Shown here one piece after another: positions 55,765 to 64,000 of a stretch of DNA of 64,000 nucleotides. The position numbers and the translations under genes are program-made. Under the pieces are notes generated by a model, which was given only the letters and a program-made list of their open reading frames with translations, was not told the origin of the DNA and did not search any database. The number at the start of each line of letters is the position of its first letter. Within the stretch, counting starts at the first letter, position 1. This stretch comes from Octopus sinensis (lineage: Eukaryota), in NCBI RefSeq assembly GCF_006345805.1, contig NC_042999.1:65782001-65846000 (forward strand). Reading direction: 5' to 3'.

Positions 55765-56527
55765 GCATGATACAGACACAAAAACAAGAGCACACACATA
55801 CATATATGTATATGTGTGTCCATGTGTGTGTGTGTGTGTGCTATGAAAAAGGAGGTAATTAAAATTATGGATAATTATTATTAACGCTTCCGTCCCGTTC
55901 ATGAGAACTCTTCAGATATGTTTTACAGAAAATCTCTTTGCTTTTTATTCAGTCGAAAAGAGGATGTTTCACAAAACAAAATATAAAAGATGTTCTTTTT
56001 GTTTAGTATAAGGGTAAGAGGAAAGAAAGGGATGAAAACAGGGAAGACAGAGAAACGTAGGTAGAAATAAATAAATAAAGAAACAAAGAATATATTTGGG
56101 GATCATCTCTGATTTACAGGTGACTAATGCTTAATGACACTTAAAGATGACATTTTTGTATTTTAAAGAGAGAAGGACAAGAAAGAAAGAGAAAGGGGAA
56201 AAACTAAAGAGAGAACGAAGGGAGCTTCTTTTCAATTTTATTGAAACGATGTGGTCAGCTTGTTGAAGTTTAATTACAATTCGAGGTGTCAGCTTTGATT
56301 TAATAATTGTTTTGAAAGCGTCTCCTGTTTCTCTCTCCTTCTCTTATAAACATATTAACATGTTTGTATGTATAGACATACATACACTCACACATTCACG
56401 CACACACTGCACCCAATATGCAACGAATATGTATGTGTGTGTGTGTGTATGTGTGAAAGCGGCGAGCTGGTAGAAACATTAGGACGCCGGGCGAAATGTT
56501 GTAGTGTTTCGCTTTAAAACACAATGC

Positions 56528-57056
56528 GCCGCACGTGAATTTTTTTCCCACGAGAGTTCCGGACCCCAGTTATAAACTTATTTGCATACAGCCAATCAGA
56601 GCTCAACTCCCGAACTGATGAGCACGTAACAAGTGATGGGCAATAAGATGAGGTCACTTCGGTATGGAATGACCATGCTTCTTTTCTCTTTCAATAATGC
56701 TTCTTGTTCTTGATTTAACCATTGCTGCCTCTCCTTAGTTACTTATGTTGTTGTTTACTTTGTAAAACAGTAAGGGAAGAGGGTTGCTATCACATTGCCC
56801 TCTACCCACATTTTTCCCATCCACATCTTTACCATAGGGGGCCCCAACAAAATCCGATAATAGGTAGAGATGCAAATTTAGCTAATTACTTGTCTCCTAA
56901 ATTCAGGCATAACTTGGCGATCGGTCGACTTACAACACCGTTCGTCGTCTTGAGTTTACTTAATAGAGTTTGTTCAAGGTGAGCTCTGATTGGCTGTAGG
57001 CAAATGAGTTCATTACTGAGATCTGGAATTCTCGTGGGAAAAAAAATTAACGCGGC
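56528..57056. mobile_element. MITE-like element with imperfect TIRs of about 77 bp, next to a SINE C head
   Basis: gccgc..aatttttttcccacgaga...cagccaatcagagctc (56528-56604) versus gagctctgattggctg...tctcgtgggaaaaaaaatt..gcggc (56981-57056). No TSD recognised. Confidence 0.7.
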
Positions 57057-57678
57057 ACTCGGTCATGACATCGAACACACGGTGTATCGATCGTAAGTGG
57101 TCGACGCTAGGCAACTAGGTCAAATATCGCTATACACATCTACATACTGATAAATGAATATCTATGTTTGTGCACGCTAACGCGAGTGTGTTTATGCGTA
57201 CGTACATTAAATTTATATTACGTAAACGTTTACTGCAATGGTAGTTCAGCTTCTAAAAGTTAAATGTTTAACTAGATATAGTGGAGCTATTCAATAGATG
57301 TGAATACCTATTATATAAACAAATCAATGCTGATGGGTGTCTGCAGAAAAAAACATGTATTTAAGTTAATACTGGGAATGTGAACGGCTAAAATACAAAA
57401 TGCTAGCTTGTAGATAAATATGTAATAGTTTCTTAACGACGGTTTCTTTACAGATGGTGTTCTTTGTCTTGCCGAATAATTTGATTCTGCTTGTTATATA
57501 GTAAAGGAGGCAGAAATGGTTATCTGTAATGCAAAATAACGTATTATGCATGGACGCCTGGTTAAGAAACTCAGTTTTCAATTACGTAATTTGGGGTCCA
57601 GTACCAGGGCCCACTATTGCTTTGTGAGTGAATTGTGAGGCAGAAAATGTGCGATAACCGGTCGAATACACACACACA

Positions 57679-57724
<46 letters not shown>

Positions 57725-57915
57725 TAATACTAAGCAATAAAGGGTTTAGCAACGAATTGCCTTACCACATACCGAATTTAGAAATAGCAGTCAAAGAGTT
57801 ATAGCTATTTCTTCTACTAAAAAGGGAGATCTCAGTAAAAACAGCAATTGGAAGGCAGACACAAACAGGTAAGAGAGAATGAATTGACGGCAATCTATCA
57901 TACAATTTTAAGTTA

Positions 57916-58019
57916 TCTACGGACGCACGTTTCGAAATCAAGTTTTTAGGAAAGCATAAGAATTAATTAAATATTAAATAATTCTACCTTACCAAAACTT
58001 CTTTTCTCTTCAGCGTAGA
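57916..58019 (-). ncRNA. Intact type-I hammerhead ribozyme motif, unit 1
   Basis: TCTACG-CTGAAGA-GAAA..aagtttt...aaaactt..TTTC-GAAA-CGTGCG-TC-CGTAGA. 6-bp stem I; G-C pair closing stem II; GUC triplet. Confidence 0.88.
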
Positions 58020-58512
58020 ATACTATAATCATAAATGATTATATATTGAATTTTGAGATACTAGAAGGCACCAACTCAACTCAGTATCAGAGCGAGCTAG
58101 AATCCGCAACTAGTATCCCCAAATTCAAAGTGTGAATGAAAAGATTGTGTCACCAGCCCCTTCCCACCCGCGTGTAGCAAAAACAAGATGTTGTGGTCAT
58201 CTACTGAGATAAAATATGGTTATCCGTAATAATGAAGGGTGAAATTAATTAATTTGGAATAATTATCAATTACACCAAGTAGTCTTCGGCATGTAAAAGC
58301 CTCATTCGAGGAAAATTTAAGTAATACTAAGCAATAAAGGGTTTAGCAACGAATTGCCTTACCACATACCGAATTTAGAAATAGCAGTCAAAGAGTTATA
58401 GCTATTTCTTCTACTAAAAAGGGAGATCTCAGTAAAAACAGCAATTGGAAGGCAGACACAAACAGGTAAGAGAGAATGAATTGACGGCAATCTATCATAC
58501 AATTTTAAGTTA

Positions 58513-58616
58513 TCTACGGACGCACGTTTCGAAATCAAGTTTTTAGGAAAGCATAAGAATTAATTAAATATTAAATAATTCTACCTTACCAAAACTTCTT
58601 TTCTCTTCAGCGTAGA
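58513..58616 (-). ncRNA. Intact type-I hammerhead ribozyme motif, unit 2
   Basis: Same sequence as 57916-58019, offset by 597 bp. Confidence 0.88.
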
Positions 58617-60505
58617 ATACTATAATCATAAATGATTATATATTGAATTTTGAGATACTAGAAGGCACCAACTCAACTCAGTATCAGAGCGAGCTAGAAT
58701 CCGCAACTAGTATCCCCAAATTCAAAGTGTGAATGAAAAGATTGTGTCACCAGCCCCTTCCCACCCGCGTGTAGCCAAAACAAGATGCTGTGGTCATCTA
58801 CTGAGATAAAATATGGTTATCCGTAATAATGAAGGGTGAAATTAATTAATTTGGAATAATTATCAATTACACCAAGTAGTCTTCGGCATGTAAAAGCCTC
58901 ATTCGAGGAAAATTTAAGTAATACTAAGCAATAAAGGGTTTAGCAACGAATTGCCTTACTACATACCGAATTTAGAAATAGCAGTCAAAGAGTTATAGCT
59001 ATTTCTTCTACTAAAAAGGGAGATCTCAGTAAAAACAGCAATTGGAAGGCAGACACAAACAGGTAAGAGAGAATGACCACAGCATCTTGTTTTGGCTACA
59101 CGCGGGTGGGAAGGGGCTGGTGACACAATCTTTTCATTCACACTTTGAATTTGGGGATACTAGTTGCAAATATGCAATGCTAATTGAATTTCTTGAATTT
59201 TAATAGGAATGTAAAACTTCCATAGATCTCTGTAGCAGTCTATACCTGACTTTCATAGATGTTGTATGCAGTAATTTCACCCGAATACTCATAGCAGACC
59301 GGACGGTCCTAAATGTGCCAAACAGTGAATTTGTAATGATAAACCGGTTAATGTATTCTTTCCTGTAAAAATTATGTGAAGCAGGAAGGCTTGAGCAGGA
59401 AGAGTCTTAAGGATGTCAGACAATATGTTTAGCCATATTTCTTAGGACTTTTCATTCTGAGTTCAAATTCCGCCGGAGACGGAATTTGTCCTTTCTCTTC
59501 TTGAGTTCCATAAAATAAGTAGCAGTTGAGCATTGGGTGGGGGGCGATGCAATCGACTCACCCCTACCACCAAAATTCCAGGCCTTGTGCCAAATTAAAA
59601 AGAAATAATTATATCTGGATTAGGACCTTGTAATGTTTAAGTGTTTCGCAAATGTGACACACTTCTGAATGAAACGTTCAATTTACTGCTTGTTACAGTA
59701 ACCTAAAATATACAAAATACATCGATTGTGTACGACATTTTGTTGCTGTTCTTGTTGTCGTTCTACTGTTGATAAGATAAATGTTACAGTAATAGCTGAA
59801 TCTAAGCCACCGTAAATAATAAGCTCATTTAAACCTGTCTAATTAAACCATAAAAAGTATTTAATTAATGGAAGGAATATATATTTAAACAAAACGTCTA
59901 GTTCTCAATGGATTGCTTATTTTCGCTTCGAATTTGCCAAACGCAGTAACGTGATTTTTTTTTTTAATTTTCGACTTTTTTCATGCTTTTTCGGAGGTTT
60001 TTATACATGTTGACGAGAGAACATAGAGGGGGGAAAAGCAAGTAAACCATGATATTAAATGAAATAGCATACAGTTTCACTCACAGAATAATCTGTTCAA
60101 GTGGAAAGTGGGAAATCTAATACAGGATTTGTTATTAAAATATTTGAACCGTAACTTTTGTTTACAACTCAAGGGGATAATATATTTATCTTAAGGTTAT
60201 TAAAATATAAATAGGTTATATATTTCTTTTACTTTTATTTTTGCTTATCACTTGCATATTTTTTATTTATATTTCTTTTATGGCTTTTATGTAATTATTT
60301 TTTGTGTATTCAACTTCCTTCTTTTTTATATCTCACTGCATTTTTCTTTGCTAATATACTGAAACACACACACACACACACACACACATACACACACACT
60401 TACACATGAATACACACCACATACAAGCAAAATCACATGTCTGTGTTATATATATCTAGGTATGAGTAATTCTATGTACGTGTCTATGTGTATATATATA
60501 TATAT

Positions 60506-60555
<50 letters not shown>

Positions 60556-61320
60556 GTGTGTGTGTGTGTATAAAGTTTGTATGTGTGCGATTTATATATG
60601 TGTGCAAGTATACATGTGAACATACATATGTGTATATATTAATTTATATAGGCATTTTCACAAGTACACACACGAATATATATTTATATACAGAGTGTGG
60701 CTGTGAGTTTATATTGACTAAAGAAAAATTAATAGAAAACTAAATGTTTTAGAAAAACAATTATAAAAAAATACATGCATGCTAACGAGAATGAAAATTA
60801 ACCAAAGAAGGAACTACATACATCAGTTGGAGATTTAGCTAACAAGGAGCCCCGGCCTCACCATACTTCCTGCGAATATATTTAAGGAGAGTGCGATCAG
60901 TGTGTGTTTGAATTGCATGGTTGTCAAAGCTATTGAAAGGTGTTATTAACAGTGCTTAAATGACTCGTTATTACAACGGCATTAGATTCGGGTAATATTG
61001 GCAAGTACTGGTGTTTGGTTTGTGAAGATATTAGAAATTTTTGATTTCTTTGACTCTCTCCCTCCGTCTCCCTCTCTCTTTCTCTCTCTTTCATCCTCTC
61101 ATCTTTTCCTATTTAACGTGCAGCTACATGTTAATGTAATATAATATAATATGCCTGTCTCTATCTTCACAATTCAATATTTACTGGTAATGGAAATTCT
61201 ATCCTCTCATTAACACCCTTAAATCATCTTACGCGGATGCTCTTAACTGCCTTATTAAATATCCTCCTGTACCATTTCTACACCTACCCTTAAGTTACTA
61301 TATGTTTAAAAGTTAATAAC

Positions 61321-61760
61321 TTACCATTTATGCCTTAATGAGCATATAAGAATTTCCCTCGCTTGGACATCGTGCTTACAGGATAAAGAGAAGAAAAAAG
61401 CAGTACGCATCTCCCACACACCTCCAGTTTTACGATAATCGGTATTCACCTTACGTCTGTTTGTGGGTATTAACTTATTGTTTATATTGAAAGACGTTTT
61501 TAAGTTCATTTTAATTTATACAGCCGCAACGATTCATTATTTCATATTGTGGTTCTTATTGGGCAGACTTATAATCAAAATAATTCATTACGGTACAACT
61601 ATTATATTTTCAGGCATAGTCTATGCACCGTTACATTCCGCAATGCCCCCATTTTTAAGATATTATAATGTAACGACTGATATTTTACCGTTAATTCGAG
61701 CGAGCAGAGGGATCACAATTGCAGATATTCGACGATGTCATATAAACATTTTACCTCGGG
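61321..61760 (-). pseudogene. Possible second, older Penelope-like GIY-YIG remnant
   Basis: Broken minus frames give CNC..S.C..NGK, ..KTSF.., ..VWEM.. and REIL..LRHK, similar in order to PLE C-termini. Confidence 0.3.
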
Positions 61761-62619
61761 GATAAGAATAATCTGATGTAATGTTTTATGCTTGGTTACC
61801 GTCACTCCTTATGGTTGTTATGCCAACTAGAATGAATTTATGGAACAACTATATAAGAATTATTTATAATTAAAGTTGGCATGTGGAGGAAATTATATGC
61901 CTCGCTGACGAGGCCTAATAACACCGGAAGAATACAGAAATTGCAAGTGTGCTTAAGAAAAGTAAGAATTAAGCAATATTCCTTCACAATCTAATATTTT
62001 AATCTCCTAATTACATTATTACATTCTACCAGAATGGGGTAGATTTACAATTCTTATATAAGTGTATGAATAACTAGTTGAGACTGATTTTGAACTAGGT
62101 TTAAATCATGCGTTTTGTAGAGAAACATTGGTGTCTTTAAGATGTTTGGGATTATGTTTAACTCAGTTTTCTTGAACATTAATATAGTTACTTACGAGTT
62201 ATATCTATGGAAAAGTGATTCATATTGTATGAAATTGTGAAGTTATGGTTTCAATACAACACAAAGCTAATAGGAATGGTACACTTTCTGTGAATGACAA
62301 CGATGAGCAATTCTTTGAAATCACAACAGTAATGGAGATAAGGAACAAGCGATCACTCTCCTACTTGATTCAATAAGAATCAGTGTAGTGTAACATCAGC
62401 TGCTTACCGTTCATTAATATCCATCTATGTATGCAAGTACTTCAACCTGTTCGTAGCTTTTTTTTTTTCATCTAGCAATTCCCATCAAATCATTGTGTTG
62501 TGAATTTTTCGCCCCTATTTTTTTTTTTTGGCTTTTCAGTTTTTCAAGGGTAATCATAAACAGAACACATGCACGGTCTCACACACAGCAAATAACGTGC
62601 GTATACATACATACATATA

Positions 62620-62710
<91 letters not shown>

Positions 62711-63618
62711 TATATGTTAAACAAAGATAAAATTTGTTGAGAAATTTATCATGACTAAAAGAAAAGGATATTTACATTTTCATCGAACTCCGCTGCCAGT
62801 TACAGTCTTTTTTAGAATGATTTAGTCATGCTGCAAGAGAAGGAAAAATAAACTGAAATAAATCAAATTAATCTTTCCTGATATCAGTTCTGCAAGTTCA
62901 CATATTTTTCTTGTGAAATTCACATGCTGCTCGTAGTTATTTTCCTTCTAACGTACATACATACACACGCGCACACGTACGTATGTATGTATACATAAAA
63001 ACAAATTCATACATACATGTATTCATACATCCATACACATATATATATACATACATGCATACATATGCATACATGCATATATATGCTTACATGCATACAT
63101 ATATATTTATACATATATATCAACTTTCACTATCATCTCACTCTACTACATCACATTCACAATCTTGGGGTCAAAATGATACTACAGTACAAGCATTTGA
63201 CAAACGCGTGTCAGCAGATTTCAACTCAATTTTAATCACGTCATTAAGTGGCATATTTCTTAATTTCATGATTAAGAACATTTTGAGTACGCGTATACGA
63301 CATTAACTGCAAGCTTCATTTTCAAAGATACTGAAATATATGCGTATGCCTGTATATGTGAATGTGTGCAATATTACATGACATGAAATTTTATTAAAAA
63401 TATCGGTAATATTAATAATTCCTTTCATACAAGCACATGGTGAATATTAAATAAAGCATCAGAAACAATGCAAAAACGTTTCATTGTTGTTTGGACCTAG
63501 ATCGGGCCAGCTCGATCAAACCTATAGTAAGACTGCATTCACGACAACCCAGTTTTTCATATATAAGTGTGTATGTTACGCGAAGTTTCCTGTTTTGAAG
63601 AAGACTGTATATTTTGAC

Positions 63619-63786
63619 GCGTGGAAGGTGTTTGTAAGCCATTTAAGAAACACACAAAAGCCGTTCGATTCACTTCAACATCTAAGTTTAATTTGTCAAA
63701 TTATTTTCGTCGCTAAAATCCGCGACCTGTTCACTAACAAAAATCCGTGCTGCACGGATTAAATGGCTTACAAACACCTTCCACGC
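63619..63786. repeat. 28-bp perfect inverted repeat with an internal hairpin
   Basis: gcgtggaaggtgtttgtaagccatttaa (63619-63646) versus ttaaatggcttacaaacaccttccacgc (63759-63786); aatccgtgc-t-gcacggatt at 63742-63760. Confidence 0.85.
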
Positions 63787-64000
63787 TGCAATTGTTTTCG
63801 TTCCAGCACACGATCTCAGATCAAGTCACTTGCTTTGCGAGTACATCTCTGTATATTTTGATTTGTAAACATAAGGTAGCTATTTATGACACTTAGGGTT
63901 ACAACACAGATATTGTCATCGGTTTATTATAGTTGCTTTTATATCTTCTATTGAATTGGTACTTAAGTCCGATAACATCTGAATGTATGCAAATTCACAT

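Larger units (their letters stand above)
57722..59166 (-). mobile_element. 597-bp tandem array (2 units plus a partial) with a terminal inverted segment; retrozyme/pLTR-like
   Basis: Units start at 57722, 58319 and 58916. 59077-59166 is the reverse complement of 58703-58792. The left end abuts (TA)n. No informative ORF. Confidence 0.9.

Noticed and set aside
56615-56645. CTGATGA-GCAC...GTG as a possible HHR
   Set aside because: No GAAA or NUH downstream.
61900-61935. CTGACGA-GGCC-taataa-cacc-ggaa HHR relic
   Set aside because: The 3' side of stem II, the GAAA and stem III are all degraded; not counted.

Overview
AT-rich, microsatellite-dense eukaryotic intergenic or intronic DNA. The SINE families and repeat landscape look like those of an octopod cephalopod (inference from recalled repeat sequences, not a database hit). 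I can identify no intact host gene, rRNA, tRNA or CRISPR array, and most ORFs in the track are translations of (TA)n/(CA)n/(GATA)n tracts. The window is a mosaic of tRNA-derived SINEs, a decayed Penelope-like element (RT + GIY-YIG), a head-to-tail Helitron dimer with PIF1-like helicase fragments, an internally deleted mariner, a 5'-truncated Tx1/L1-type LINE inside a (TCTA)n tract, an R4/Dong-type RT fragment and several fold-back/MITE-like elements. The main observation is about 13 minimal type-I hammerhead ribozyme (HHR) motifs from about 7 different sequence families. Most lie in non-coding repeats next to (TA)n tracts, and most are arranged as a divergent inverted pair or a tandem array. 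Several families share two short downstream motifs. One locus is a 597-bp tandem array with an intact HHR in each full unit, the layout expected of a retrozyme-like, circRNA-producing, Penelope-dependent element. All structures were folded by eye and need computational and experimental confirmation.
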